A stretch of 64,000 bases of DNA from Candidatus Ozemobacteraceae bacterium (GCA_965140445.1 OZ223236.1:1664001-1728000), one strand, 5' to 3'. Shown: positions 28,854-40,233, counted from the stretch's first letter. Numbers and translations are program-made. Notes: generated by a model from the letters alone, not told the origin.

Positions 28854-30944
28854 ATGAGTCGTAAAACATTTAGAACATACCATCTGCAGTTAGTGGTTTT
28901 TGTGTCATTTCTGGCATTGTTTTCTTCCATTGTTATTGGAATCGTTCTTTACGACTATAGAAGCAATACTGAAATTGTTTTAAAGACTTCAGATGAACTT
29001 TTATACCAGATCTCAGAAACGGTTATTCGGCAAACCATAAACCACCTTGAACCTGCCAAAAAAACTGGAATTATGTTGCGCCGCATGATGGAGCGAGGAG
29101 GGGTTCTTGCTAGAAATCCTGACATGGTTGAAGCTTTAACTCAGGAAGCACTTGAGATTTATCCACAATTCTCAGCTGTTTACATGGGTGACGAAAATGG
29201 AAACTTTGTCATGTCCCGTCGCTCTGACAATGGTGCTCTATCAACCAAGATTGTTTCGAGAAGTACTTACCCAAAAGGTATCTTAGAATTTGAGCGCAAC
29301 CTTTATGGAGAGGTTATTGCAACTAAGACCTCAGCTATTCTTGATTACGACCCACGCGATCGCCCATGGTATCAGTTGGCGAAGAAAGAGGGTGGGAGCG
29401 TTTGGAGTAGGGAATATCGATTGTTTACAGACCAGGTGCCTGGAATTACCTGTGCTCACCCGGTATATGATTTTGAAAATAAGCTTATCGGTGTAGTAGG
29501 GGTTGATTTTAGGCTTGGCGAATTATCTGAATTCCTGAAGAGCTTAAAAATTGGCGAATCCGGGGTTGCATTTATTGTGGATGCCCAAATGAATTTACTG
29601 GCTTATCCAGAGAGCGCGAATCTATTTTCTGAGGGAATGAAAGCACCAAGATCCCCCTCCGCGCAAAGTTTTAAATCTGGATGGGTTCAGGCCGCTCTAG
29701 ATGAATATAGCAGAAAGAGAGAGACAAGATTTACTTTTAATCACAGTTCAGAAAACTATATTGCAGCATTTAGATCTTTTCCTGAGCGATTTGGTAGAGA
29801 CTGGCTTCTTGGGATAATTGTTCCTGAAGATGATTTCATCGGCCCCATGGTTAGAACCCATGAAACGACTCTATTGTTTTCTTTCTGGTTACTTATTATT
29901 GGTGGCTTTTTAACTTCAGCTCTCGCTAAAGAGCTGGCAGAACCGATTAAAAAGCTCACCTTAGAAACTGAAAAGATCAGAAATCTTGAATTTGATGAAA
30001 GCATTGGTTTAAGGTCTCCGATAACTGAGATTCAATTGATGGCAAATGCTATGGATTCCATGAAAAAGGCTTTGAGCGCGTTTAAGAAATATGTTCCTTC
30101 TGAAATTGTTTTCAGGGTATTTAAAAGTGAAGATGAAACAGGTTTAAAACCACAATATGAAGAGATTACTCTTATGTTTACGGATATTGACAACTTTACA
30201 TCAATTGCAGAGTCAGTCAGTCCAGAGGAACTTACAGAGCAGCTTGCTACTTACTTTGACACTATTGGAGCAATTATCCATCGCTACGAAGGTACAATTG
30301 ACAAGTATATTGGTGATTCAGTAATGGCATTTTGGGGCGCACCTGTTCCTGATCCAGATCAGATAAGGCATGCATGTCGAGCAGCGATCGAAATTATTTG
30401 CGCCATTGATAAGCTGAATGCAAGGTGGAAAGAGGAAGGGAAACTTCCATTTCCAACAAGAATTGGAATTAATACCGGGCATTCACTTATAGGAAACTTT
30501 GGCTCGTCAGACAGAATTAACTACACTGCTGTTGGTGATAACGTGAATCTTGCCAGCAGGCTTGAAAGCTTAAATAAGCAATATGGAACCAGAATTATTT
30601 TCAGTGAAGGAGCATACTCTGAGGGACTGAAAGAAGAATTTTTATTCAGGTCGCTGGATGTGGTTACCGTTAAAGGTAGGGAAAAGAGCTCTAAGATTTA
30701 TCACCTCATTGGTAAAAACGAAGATCAAGGAGCCACGGCAACTAAAAACTGGGTTAAGCAGTTTAATTCAGCTTTTGAAGATTACATCGCTGGCAATTGG
30801 AGCGAAGCAAAACAAGCATTTATAGCTATTTCTGAAGAACACCCAGAAGATGTTGCAGCAAAAATATATATTGAACGGATTAATGGTATTGAAAAAAATC
30901 CGCCTGAAAAATGGGATGGGGTTTTTAAATTTAATCAGAAATAG
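28854..30944 (+). CDS. Class III adenylate cyclase, TM-dCache-TM-HAMP-cyclase-TPR
   Basis: dCache YDPRDRPWY motif. Complete catalytic set FTDIDNFT, DKYIGDS, NYTAVGDNVNLASRLE, VKGR. WDGVF tail. Confidence 0.9.
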   Translation: MSRKTFRTYHLQLVVFVSFLALFSSIVIGIVLYDYRSNTEIVLKTSDELLYQISETVIRQTINHLEPAKKTGIMLRRMMERGGVLARNPDMVEALTQEALEIYPQFSAVYMGDENGNFVMSRRSDNGALSTKIVSRSTYPKGILEFERNLYGEVIATKTSAILDYDPRDRPWYQLAKKEGGSVWSREYRLFTDQVPGITCAHPVYDFENKLIGVVGVDFRLGELSEFLKSLKIGESGVAFIVDAQMNLLAYPESANLFSEGMKAPRSPSAQSFKSGWVQAALDEYSRKRETRFTFNHSSENYIAAFRSFPERFGRDWLLGIIVPEDDFIGPMVRTHETTLLFSFWLLIIGGFLTSALAKELAEPIKKLTLETEKIRNLEFDESIGLRSPITEIQLMANAMDSMKKALSAFKKYVPSEIVFRVFKSEDETGLKPQYEEITLMFTDIDNFTSIAESVSPEELTEQLATYFDTIGAIIHRYEGTIDKYIGDSVMAFWGAPVPDPDQIRHACRAAIEIICAIDKLNARWKEEGKLPFPTRIGINTGHSLIGNFGSSDRINYTAVGDNVNLASRLESLNKQYGTRIIFSEGAYSEGLKEEFLFRSLDVVTVKGREKSSKIYHLIGKNEDQGATATKNWVKQFNSAFEDYIAGNWSEAKQAFIAISEEHPEDVAAKIYIERINGIEKNPPEKWDGVFKFNQK

Positions 30945-30966
30945 TTTGATTTACATGTTTTTCTTT

Positions 30967-31311
30967 CTATTCCTGCGGGATTTTTCTAACTTCCGCGGCA
31001 AGAATTTCAATGTCCTGATGCGCTTTTAGCAAATCGAACAATTCTGTTTTTTCACAGGTTAGAGAATAGCTATCCTGACTAAGGTGTCTCATAATTTTCC
31101 AATTCGATTCAAGTTTTAAATTGCTAATTAAACCCAATAAAGATTGAACTCTTTCTTTGCTCTTACATCTGAATACAACAAAAGGTACGTGATAACCGTT
31201 CCCTTTATTATTTCCGATTCCTTTTTCATGCCCCTCGCAACTGCCAATAGTTTCTATTCCCTTTTCATTTAAAGAATTTACAAGTATCTCAATTTTTTTA
31301 TCTACTTCCAT
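30967..31311 (-). CDS. Small hypothetical protein with a TYW3/Taw3-like N-terminal motif
   Basis: VDKKIEILVNSLN...ETIGSCEGH resembles the TYW3-type D..I..L...LN...T..SC.G motif. ATG 31311 follows GGAG (track start is TTG 31329). Confidence 0.55.
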   Translation of the reverse strand: MEVDKKIEILVNSLNEKGIETIGSCEGHEKGIGNNKGNGYHVPFVVFRCKSKERVQSLLGLISNLKLESNWKIMRHLSQDSYSLTCEKTELFDLLKAHQDIEILAAEVRKIPQE

Positions 31312-31335
31312 ATATTCTCCCAATTCCAACTCTTC

Positions 31336-34314
31336 TCACATTATAATCTCGAAATAGTCCGAAGGCGATACATCATTTATTTTTAGAGCCTGTATTTTTA
31401 AATTTTTTTCAAATTTCATTACATTTCTGGATGTTTCTGAATCCATAACTAACGGAAAATACTCTGCCTTCTTACTTAGTGCTTCCAGCTCTGAGGCCAG
31501 ATTGACGCTGCTACCAATTACGGTTGCATCAAGCTTTCCGCTTTCAGAGCCAACTCTACCCGAAATAACTCTATCAGTGGTGATTCCAAATCCACTGTTA
31601 ATAGTGAAAAGCCCTTCTGAACTCCTTTGTTCATTTAACTTTTCCAGCTTCTGATGCATCATTTTTGCGGCTTTGAAGGCATTGTGAGAAATGTTTTCTC
31701 CATTTTTTTCATAGAAAACAGCTTGAATTGCGTCACCAATCAATTTATCTATGAAACCGCCATTACTAACAATAGCTTCTTCCATAACTTCAAAATATTG
31801 ATTTAGCATTTCAACAATTGATTCTGGAGAGTATTTTTCCGTTATTGTCGTAAATCCGCGGATGTCGGAAAATAAGATCGAAGCTTTTTTCCAATCTCCG
31901 CCTGGCTGAAGCTTTATTCCACTTTCACTTGAAATTGCATCCATAACGTTTTTTGAAACCAATTGAGAAATTTTTTCTTTTTCCTGCAAACTTCGATTTA
32001 GCTCATTAAATGAATTTTGCAAAATTTCAAATTCATCACCAGAATTAATAGATAATTCCCAATTAAAATCATTTTTCTCTAATTTTGAAATTGCCTGTTG
32101 GAATGGAGCTATTGAATTTCCAAGACTATTGGAAAGTTTTCTAGATAGCGTTACGCAGCCGAGCAAAAGGATTAAAATGCAGAAAATTAAAAGTAAATCC
32201 TGACTTTTAGATTTATTTGCTGGTATTGCATAAGCCAGTGCGAAGACTGAAGAATTGCCAATGACAGAAGTTGAAATTAAATGAGGTGATGAGCTATCAA
32301 GATTTATAATTCTATTAGATCCTGAATTTGAGTAAAGATTGCTCGCAACTTTTAGTAAATCAACTTGAGGAATGACTTTATTTAACGGGTCATATGAGCC
32401 ATAGTTTTTTAGACTTTTAAAAGTAAGATTATCATTTGCAAAGTAAGCAAAAGCTATTTTATAACCGTTCTTAAAAAAGACCGACTGATAGAAATTTTGT
32501 TTTACTTTTTCAATAAAAAAATCAACCCAGATGTTTACTGGAATACTTATCAACAAAATGGCTTTTAAGTCTAAATCTGGTGTTTTCAAGAAATGTAAAT
32601 TTAAGTATTCATTTTTTGGCGACATGCTGTTTGGAATAAACTGTCCTGAGTTTTTTGCCAGATTAGAAACTATTTGAAAATCTATTATGTCGCTTATGAG
32701 GCTGTTAGTTATTGAAGCTTTTTGCAGGATTCTGTTTCGTTTTTCGAGGGAAAGATGGTTATAGCTTCCTGCTTCAGAAAGACAATTCCTGAAAAGTCCT
32801 GAGAAAAAAGTCGAGCTATCTTCTGATTTAAAGACTATTCTTCTTTTTTGTCCAAATGCTTCCCGGTCATCTTTGTCAATAAGATAATATGAGAACAATA
32901 CCTCGGAAAAAGAAGATATTTTATTTGAAACTTCCTGGTTAGGGGCAAAGAAACCAATTTTTTTATTTAGTTTGCTAATCTGGTCACTCGACATTTTGTT
33001 TATCCAATTAGCCATAATGCTATGAAAAGTATTTACACGAATCTTTTCATTTTGTATCTGAATATCTGCAATCTGAAATTGATTATTACTCCAATCCAGA
33101 ATTTTCTCTGCAAGCGCATATTTTTTAAGGCTGGTATAAGAGTTCCACATCCAGAAAAAGCCGGCTAAAGGGAATATCATAGAAAATAGAAAAAAGGCAG
33201 AAATTACTTTTTTTAAGCTTAGCCTGATTTGAATTCGGTTAAAGAAGATAGCTACAAATAAAGGAAAGCTAAGGCCCAGCAAAAGTCCTACTAATAATTT
33301 ATATTTTTTGAGGTTTTTTAATGACTCTATTTTAGAGCTGTCAAACGAAATTCTTATAGAAGGGAAGCGATTATCAGAACTGGAAAAGGCATTCCTAAAA
33401 GCTTCTGGAAGGTCTATAACAATTGATATCTGGTCATCTTCCTTTACTATCTCTGGAAGCTTTGTCAAACTTGTCAGGCCATAACAGTGCTTAAAATCCT
33501 TGTTGTTAAGCTTTTTTATTTTTGCAGCCAAAGCTTTTCTTCTATTAAGATTTTTCTCAAGAAATACGTAGAACAGAAAGGTTTTCGATTCAGTTTTTTC
33601 GGATCCAGGAAGTGCAAGAAGACTCCAGTTGGCAGTAGTATTATATGCCGTTGAAAATCGATTGCAGCTATCAAAGACCCGGGTGCTGAATCCATTTAGA
33701 ATGCCAAACGAATTTTTAAGCTCTGTTATTAGTGAAAGATTTAAAAGGTGTTCGGAAGCCTTTTTTCCAGCTCTAATTCTTTCAATAATAACTGTGTGTG
33801 CGCTTACTAGCGCTCTTCTAAACTTTCTGGCGTCTGTATGTATTTTAAAATCATTTCCCACTTCCCAATAAATAGATTCGGGGGAAGAGGCAATAATGCC
33901 TATCAGATCTGGTTCCGAGCCAATAACTCTGGTTATGGCTGCTTTTGTCCTTTTTAGGTCAGCTTTTAAATTTGTTGTTCCTTCTCGGGGTAGTTTATTG
34001 AAAAAGGGATGGCTTTGATGAGCTTTCAATAGCTCAGATTTACTCATCTTTGAATGACTTTCTGAACAACTTTCCAGTTTAAGCTCTTCTGCTAGAAAAG
34101 AAATTAAGTCATTCTCTGAATTATATTTATTTGATTCAACAAATAATGCCTCTTTTATTCGGTTAAGAGAGATCTCTTTTTCGATTTCGTATGACTTTTG
34201 TAAGAGAAGTAGCCCGGATAGATTTGGTAGAAGTATGAAAAAAAGCCAGATAAGAAGTGGAGAAAGCTTTTTTAAGTTTGTTTTTCTTGTAAAAAGTTTA
34301 TGTTTATTTAGCAT
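31336..34314 (-). CDS. 4-TM HAMP class III cyclase, C1-like half
   Basis: FSDIRGFT and DKLIGDAIQ intact. NLASELE (R->E), no KGK. Confidence 0.85.
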   Translation of the reverse strand: MLNKHKLFTRKTNLKKLSPLLIWLFFILLPNLSGLLLLQKSYEIEKEISLNRIKEALFVESNKYNSENDLISFLAEELKLESCSESHSKMSKSELLKAHQSHPFFNKLPREGTTNLKADLKRTKAAITRVIGSEPDLIGIIASSPESIYWEVGNDFKIHTDARKFRRALVSAHTVIIERIRAGKKASEHLLNLSLITELKNSFGILNGFSTRVFDSCNRFSTAYNTTANWSLLALPGSEKTESKTFLFYVFLEKNLNRRKALAAKIKKLNNKDFKHCYGLTSLTKLPEIVKEDDQISIVIDLPEAFRNAFSSSDNRFPSIRISFDSSKIESLKNLKKYKLLVGLLLGLSFPLFVAIFFNRIQIRLSLKKVISAFFLFSMIFPLAGFFWMWNSYTSLKKYALAEKILDWSNNQFQIADIQIQNEKIRVNTFHSIMANWINKMSSDQISKLNKKIGFFAPNQEVSNKISSFSEVLFSYYLIDKDDREAFGQKRRIVFKSEDSSTFFSGLFRNCLSEAGSYNHLSLEKRNRILQKASITNSLISDIIDFQIVSNLAKNSGQFIPNSMSPKNEYLNLHFLKTPDLDLKAILLISIPVNIWVDFFIEKVKQNFYQSVFFKNGYKIAFAYFANDNLTFKSLKNYGSYDPLNKVIPQVDLLKVASNLYSNSGSNRIINLDSSSPHLISTSVIGNSSVFALAYAIPANKSKSQDLLLIFCILILLLGCVTLSRKLSNSLGNSIAPFQQAISKLEKNDFNWELSINSGDEFEILQNSFNELNRSLQEKEKISQLVSKNVMDAISSESGIKLQPGGDWKKASILFSDIRGFTTITEKYSPESIVEMLNQYFEVMEEAIVSNGGFIDKLIGDAIQAVFYEKNGENISHNAFKAAKMMHQKLEKLNEQRSSEGLFTINSGFGITTDRVISGRVGSESGKLDATVIGSSVNLASELEALSKKAEYFPLVMDSETSRNVMKFEKNLKIQALKINDVSPSDYFEIIM

Positions 34315-37232
34315 GGATTGCTTTCTCCAAGCAGAATATAAGTTTTTACGGGAATTGTTTTACCCTTGACTTGTAATTCCTCGAAGAAAGAGAAGTTGAA
34401 TTGTTCTTCAACCAGTTTAAATGTAGCTTCAGAGACTACTGCTTGAAAATTGCACTTGCTTCTTGATAGAGATTCCAACCTTGCAGCAAGATTTACAGCG
34501 TCTCCAATAAGTGTAAAATCTTTTCTTCCAGCCTTGTTACCTATTTTCCCTGAAATTACATTTCCAGAAGATATGCCCACCCCAATATTAAAACTAAAAC
34601 CAGTATCTTTCTCTATTTGGATTTTAAGCTCTTTTTCTTTTTGCTTTATGAGAACTGCAGTCCTGCAGGCATCAAAAAATTGTGTCTCCCCTTTAAATGA
34701 AAACATTATGGCATCGCTTAAGTATTTATCTATGACACCGTTGTTGTTTATTATTATAGGCTCAAGCTCGGAAAAGTATTTATTTAAAATTCTTATTGTT
34801 TGCTCTGGTTCTAATTCTTTAGACATCTGGATAAAATTGTTTATGTGAGTAAAACCTATTGTTCGTTGGGTTTTTCGTGGTTGTACGCTTTCTGAGTTGC
34901 ATATCTCGGCTGAAATAGTTTCAGCAGCTTCGGTTGAAACAAATCGGTTAAGTTTTTGTCTTTCCTCAAAGCCTTTTATCATTGTATTAAAGCTACTTAT
35001 CAAATCTGAAAAGTCGCCGTTTCCGTCAAAAACCAGTTTTGGAAAATGTCCTTTTCTTATCTCTTTTACACCATCTAATAATAGTGAGATTGGTTCTATG
35101 TAATAAGTCGCCAGCTGCATTGAAAGAAACGCAATCAAGCCCAATATAATCATTACAAAAATAGGAAATCCAACCCAGGTAATTGCAATTTCCATTGATG
35201 AAGAACTTTCAAGAGAAAAAGTAACTATTCTCATTGTTGTATTGGAAACCTGATGAACTGAAAATAGTTTAGTTGTATTAGAATCTGCCTTTTCAGACCA
35301 ACTTTTGAAATCGTTTCCATTTTTTAATCTCTCGGCTGCAAACTGTAAACTCTTTTCATTTGATAGAGCTGGCGGCCAGAAATATACTATTTCTTTATTG
35401 TCGGGTGAAAATTCAAAAATACAATTTTGAACAAGATTGCCATCTAGTCTTTGAAGCAGTGATTCTTGAATTTTGGGGTCAGATTCAATAAATTCCCTGA
35501 TAAGTTTTTGATAGTTAAAAATGAGAAATAAAAATCCAGAATGCTTTCGATGTTTTTCTTCTTTGAAAAGAAAATTACAAACAGAGAGCCGGAAATTTTT
35601 ATTATCAGTGTTAGGTGTTGAAAACAAATACCCCTCTTGATTACAGAAGGAGTTTAACGAATCATTAGAAACAAGTTCTCCAAGTGCAACAATGTTTCGT
35701 CCACCAGGCAATCGCTTAATTTTGTCTATGGCTGAAGAGTCTGTTAACCCAGATTGTTGAAGTACTTTATAGGCCTGGGCAAGTAGAGTGGATTTAAAGA
35801 GAAAAAGTGTTTTTCTATCTCTTTCTGAAAGTTGGGATTTGATACAGAGATTTTCCAGCAAAACTCCATCTGATCGTATAAAGAAATATCCTTCCAAAGC
35901 TTTTCCAACCTGGTTCTCCAGAAAACTTGAAATTGACTCTTGAGAGTCATCAAGGTGTGATAGCGTGGCAATTTTGATTTTTCCAGATTTCTTTTTCAAT
36001 ACTGAATCAAAACTTTGAATCTTCATCTCAAGAAGTTTTGAGCTCTGTTGAAGTTGCTTCAATTTAATATTTGATTTCAATTGGAGAAAATAGTTTGAAA
36101 AATTTCTGCTAACAGCGATAAAAACGCCGAATGGAAGCAGGCAAAATAAGAAAATAGAAAAGAAGAACTTTTGTCTAATGCTAATTTTTAGAATGAATTT
36201 AGATTGGGAAATCTTTATCAGAGCAATGCCTGAAAAGGCTATCAGAAGAAGGATTAAATTCAAAATAGTTGGTAAAAATGAACTATTAAGACTCTCTGAG
36301 GATTTGCGCATTTGAACAAAACACATTGGCATTTTTTGTGGTTTTTGTAGCAAACTGCCATTTTTTAGTCCAATAGTTGTTATGTCTTTGCTCTTATGAA
36401 TACCCATTTTTAAAATGGATTCAGGCAAAAGATCTGAAAGGCGGATAAAGTTTTTACTTGTTTCTTGAAAAACAAAATCAGAATGTGACCGGGAAATCGA
36501 GTAACCGCGAGATATTTTCTTGTTTTTATTATTATTTTTAGTCTCAATCAGGAAAGGTTTTAAACTAACTTCAGCCTCAATAAAGGTTAAAAGGAAAAAA
36601 TATTTTTTCCCAGCGATGCTAAGTGTTTGCCTGAAAGCAAAAATCTTATCTCCTTTAAACTTATTGGTATAGCCAGAGTAGAGTTTTCCTGATTTCTCAA
36701 ACAGGCTAAAGTCGTTTCCAAATATTGGTTTGCAAATCTGCTTGAGAAGTCGCAATTTACCGCTATTAGTAATTTTACCTCTGTCTTTTTTCTCTAATGT
36801 ATCTAAGATTCTTTTAAGAGTCGATCTGCTGGGAGCTGTAGTCTTCGAGAAATATTTCTTTGAGTATGCTGATAAGACATTGCCTGATTTAACCTCAAGA
36901 AATGCAAACAGCAGTGGAGAAAAATAAGGTTTAAAGGGAGCTTTTTCTTTGTTCTGAAAGAATTGAAATGCTTGTTGTAACCTTGATTTAATTTTTTTTT
37001 CTAGAAAATTAGTTAGATTCAGATCTTTTTTGAATTCTTCCAACTCTTTTTGTTGAGCTTGGAAAATTTCAATATTCTGGTTTTGAATATCCAAATTAGA
37101 AAAATAAGTTATTGTTACTTTGGCTGCCAATATTGGTAAAAATATTGCCAAAAGCCAAATTAAAAGGGAGTTGCCAACGGAATTTTTTTGCTGACAAATT
37201 GTTGTTGGAGAAAATCTGTTTGAGCTATTCAT
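34308..37232 (-). CDS. 4-TM HAMP class III cyclase, C2-like half
   Basis: FTHINNF (first Asp->His), DKYLSDA, DFTLIGDAVNLAARLE, VKGK. ATG 37232 gives an 8-nt overlap (track start is 37253). Confidence 0.85.
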   Translation of the reverse strand: MNSSNRFSPTTICQQKNSVGNSLLIWLLAIFLPILAAKVTITYFSNLDIQNQNIEIFQAQQKELEEFKKDLNLTNFLEKKIKSRLQQAFQFFQNKEKAPFKPYFSPLLFAFLEVKSGNVLSAYSKKYFSKTTAPSRSTLKRILDTLEKKDRGKITNSGKLRLLKQICKPIFGNDFSLFEKSGKLYSGYTNKFKGDKIFAFRQTLSIAGKKYFFLLTFIEAEVSLKPFLIETKNNNKNKKISRGYSISRSHSDFVFQETSKNFIRLSDLLPESILKMGIHKSKDITTIGLKNGSLLQKPQKMPMCFVQMRKSSESLNSSFLPTILNLILLLIAFSGIALIKISQSKFILKISIRQKFFFSIFLFCLLPFGVFIAVSRNFSNYFLQLKSNIKLKQLQQSSKLLEMKIQSFDSVLKKKSGKIKIATLSHLDDSQESISSFLENQVGKALEGYFFIRSDGVLLENLCIKSQLSERDRKTLFLFKSTLLAQAYKVLQQSGLTDSSAIDKIKRLPGGRNIVALGELVSNDSLNSFCNQEGYLFSTPNTDNKNFRLSVCNFLFKEEKHRKHSGFLFLIFNYQKLIREFIESDPKIQESLLQRLDGNLVQNCIFEFSPDNKEIVYFWPPALSNEKSLQFAAERLKNGNDFKSWSEKADSNTTKLFSVHQVSNTTMRIVTFSLESSSSMEIAITWVGFPIFVMIILGLIAFLSMQLATYYIEPISLLLDGVKEIRKGHFPKLVFDGNGDFSDLISSFNTMIKGFEERQKLNRFVSTEAAETISAEICNSESVQPRKTQRTIGFTHINNFIQMSKELEPEQTIRILNKYFSELEPIIINNNGVIDKYLSDAIMFSFKGETQFFDACRTAVLIKQKEKELKIQIEKDTGFSFNIGVGISSGNVISGKIGNKAGRKDFTLIGDAVNLAARLESLSRSKCNFQAVVSEATFKLVEEQFNFSFFEELQVKGKTIPVKTYILLGESNPC

Positions 37233-40200
37233 TTCTTTGGCCAACAACCTCAAAAGACATTTCGGAGTTTAACTCAGGATGGGTGAATGGTAAAAGCTCA
37301 AAACTGCCTTTCTCCGATTTGATAATCTTGGCGGTTTCCTCGTCAATCAAAATTGGAGAAACCTTAGCAAATTTACTTAAACTTTCAAGTTTCTCTGCAT
37401 GTTTTAGAGGTAATCCAACAATAGTCGCATCAAGCTTTCCTTTTTCAGTTCCAACTCTTCCAGAAATCACTTCTCCTGTAGAAATTCCAATGCCATTTTC
37501 TATGCAAAATTTTGCCTTTTCTTTTCTTTGCTCATTAATAAATCTTAGCTGTTTTCGCATTTCTATAGCTGCTCTGGTAGCTCTTAACTCTGGATTGTCT
37601 TGATTATTAATAAAGAAAACTGCTTGAATTGCATCCCCAATCAACTTGTCGATTATTCCGCCTTCAGCCTCAATAACAGAGGCCATAATGCTAAAATATT
37701 GATTTAGCATTTCCACTATTTCCTCTGGTGAGTTTTGCTCTGATAGTGTGGTGAATCCTCTAATGTCGGAAAATAAAACACTCGCTTTTACTTTTTCCCC
37801 ACCAGGTTTAAGTAGTCTTTCATCTTTTGAAGAAACAACATCCAAAACGTTTTGTGATACAAGCTGAGAAATCTTTTGCCGCTCAATCAACTTCACCGAC
37901 ATTTGATTAAAAGAATCGGCCAGCATTTCAAATTCGTCTCCAGATTCCAGGTCTATTTTCCAAAGGAGATTGTTTTTTCTGGTTTCTTCGATTGCTTTGG
38001 TAAAAGGTTCTATGGAAAAAAGTAAGACCCTTGCAGTCGCGAGAGACAAGATTATGCTGGACGAAAGTGCTGCAAGGATAGTAATTAGAAGCAGCCAATC
38101 TTCTTCGGTAATAAATCTGGAGCTGATTTTTTCCGCATAAACCATTGCAAACATACTGTTAAAAGCAATTTTTTTTCCGAAGAGAAGGTGAGGAACGGTA
38201 AAGTCCAGATTGTTCTGCTTTAAACTCTCTGTTGTCTTATAAGCAGCTTTTGCAATTTTAAAAAGCCGACTTTGCTCTGCTAATGAGATTATTTTTTTAT
38301 CCACATCCATCTGATTAAGATTTCTGGAATTGACTGAGTTTACAGGCAGAAAAACAATTTTAAAGTGATATCCGTCTTGCACAAAGTTAACGCTGATCCT
38401 TTTTTTATCAATCATATGCCCAACATGATAAATCCACGAGGACGAGTCAGAGTAAAGCGCTAAAATTCCGTCCGGACCATCATCTTCCTGATTTAAAAAA
38501 TAGATAGAGAAGAATTCTTTTCTCGGGGTTAATTTGCTTTCAACTGGAATAGCCTCAAGCTCAAACATTTTTTTAAATAATGAAGTATCAAGTCCCTGTT
38601 CGATGATTCCATTTGAGAGATCAACTTTTTGGGCTATTGATCGTTGTTTCTGGGGAGATAGCTTTCTATAGCCGCCAGTGCTTAGCATGCAGTCGTTAAA
38701 TGAGCCAATTAGGAGGGGTTTCAATTCTTCACTTGTGCTAACCTGGTTGCTGCTATGGCCCGAGCTATAATACTCATCTCCACTTACAAAGAAATAATAG
38801 AAAAATGGCCTTGCAGCATATAATTTGTTCTCGATAGTCAGTCGTTTTTTCAAGCTGAATGTTTTTTCAATTTGCCTTCTTTGTTTTAGGCTTTGCTTTT
38901 CAATCTTTTTGCTTATCCAATTTTGGTAATTAGCTACTCTACAACTTTGCAGGACAAATTTCTTTTCCAACTCTAATAGCTTTTGTTCCATAGTTTGGAA
39001 TATTTTTTGAGTTTCATACTCTTTTTGATTACTCAAGAAAGAAATTCCAAAAAAAATAACTCCAGAAATGGGAATAATGATTCCAGCCATGAAGCTTGCT
39101 GCAATGACAAATTTTAATTTTTTCATTGACTCAAAACGGTTCAGATAAACCCCAGGTACAATCAAAAACGAGCAAAGTAGAAATATTGACCAGATGGTTC
39201 TTAGTATTCCATTAGGACCAAATTGAAGCTTATCCTGATCAAATTTTATAGAAATTTTAAGAGCTGGCTCGGTTTTTCCAAAGTCTTTTGTTTGTTCTCT
39301 TAGTAAATTTTTCAAATCATATGGAATCGGGGCTAACAGACAGATTTGTTTCTTTTCCTCATAGAATTTTGGAAGTCCTTCAATTTTTGTTTTTCCAAAA
39401 CTATGACTAACAATAGATTTATTATATTTTTTTAAGATGCTTTTAAGTTGATGTCTTACATTAAGTTTGTTTTTTATGAAAAACAAAAGCAGACTGTGTG
39501 GCTGGTTTTTGTCATCAAAGAAAGTTAGGCTGTACTGAAAAACAATGGCATTGGCCTTTATGGAAAATCTGGTATTTATCCCATGAATGGAGTTCTCAGA
39601 TGGTTGCATAAACCCAAGAGTCTTGTTAAAAAGATGAAAGTTTTTGGTCACTCGGTACTGTATGTTCACATTGATTTTCATCTTGACGCGTTTTAACCAG
39701 AATTTGTAAAGTTCTTCCAATTCTGCTTTAAACTCTTCGTTGGTGCCTAATTGAACGAAAGGTTTATTAAGTTTCCAGCTCAATTCATCTGGATTTGGTG
39801 ATAAATGGAAATAAGCATCAGGAGAACTGCCCGTTTCTTTATTTATTATCGTTAGAAAATTGTTTAGCTTTGCTTCTGTGAATTTTTCATAGAATGGAAG
39901 TTTTGAAATTATTTTATGATTATTAGTTAAAAATTTATGCTTTTGATTTCCCGAAAAATACTGGTGATAAATGGGACCAGACTTGATTGTATCCAATGCG
40001 TGGTGCAGGAAGTGGTCAGATTCAAATTCAATCTGGTATTTCTGGTATTCATTCATTAGCCTTTGTTTGGCTGAAGCAATAAATTCGTTCTTTTGAAATC
40101 TCAAAAGCTCTGAAACTATTTCTCTAATAGCAATTGATGGGATTAGTAGTGCCATTATCCAGAAAAGAACAGGTGCAAAGTAGGCAAATAGCCCAATTTT

Positions 40201-40233
40201 TTTTGAAATAACAACTGTATCTTTATTAGACAT
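37225..40233 (-). CDS. 4-TM HAMP class III cyclase, C1-like half
   Basis: FSDIRGFT and DKLIGDAIQ intact. LKHAEKLE (N and R lost), no KGK. Confidence 0.85.
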   Translation of the reverse strand: MSNKDTVVISKKIGLFAYFAPVLFWIMALLIPSIAIREIVSELLRFQKNEFIASAKQRLMNEYQKYQIEFESDHFLHHALDTIKSGPIYHQYFSGNQKHKFLTNNHKIISKLPFYEKFTEAKLNNFLTIINKETGSSPDAYFHLSPNPDELSWKLNKPFVQLGTNEEFKAELEELYKFWLKRVKMKINVNIQYRVTKNFHLFNKTLGFMQPSENSIHGINTRFSIKANAIVFQYSLTFFDDKNQPHSLLLFFIKNKLNVRHQLKSILKKYNKSIVSHSFGKTKIEGLPKFYEEKKQICLLAPIPYDLKNLLREQTKDFGKTEPALKISIKFDQDKLQFGPNGILRTIWSIFLLCSFLIVPGVYLNRFESMKKLKFVIAASFMAGIIIPISGVIFFGISFLSNQKEYETQKIFQTMEQKLLELEKKFVLQSCRVANYQNWISKKIEKQSLKQRRQIEKTFSLKKRLTIENKLYAARPFFYYFFVSGDEYYSSGHSSNQVSTSEELKPLLIGSFNDCMLSTGGYRKLSPQKQRSIAQKVDLSNGIIEQGLDTSLFKKMFELEAIPVESKLTPRKEFFSIYFLNQEDDGPDGILALYSDSSSWIYHVGHMIDKKRISVNFVQDGYHFKIVFLPVNSVNSRNLNQMDVDKKIISLAEQSRLFKIAKAAYKTTESLKQNNLDFTVPHLLFGKKIAFNSMFAMVYAEKISSRFITEEDWLLLITILAALSSSIILSLATARVLLFSIEPFTKAIEETRKNNLLWKIDLESGDEFEMLADSFNQMSVKLIERQKISQLVSQNVLDVVSSKDERLLKPGGEKVKASVLFSDIRGFTTLSEQNSPEEIVEMLNQYFSIMASVIEAEGGIIDKLIGDAIQAVFFINNQDNPELRATRAAIEMRKQLRFINEQRKEKAKFCIENGIGISTGEVISGRVGTEKGKLDATIVGLPLKHAEKLESLSKFAKVSPILIDEETAKIIKSEKGSFELLPFTHPELNSEMSFEVVGQRNE

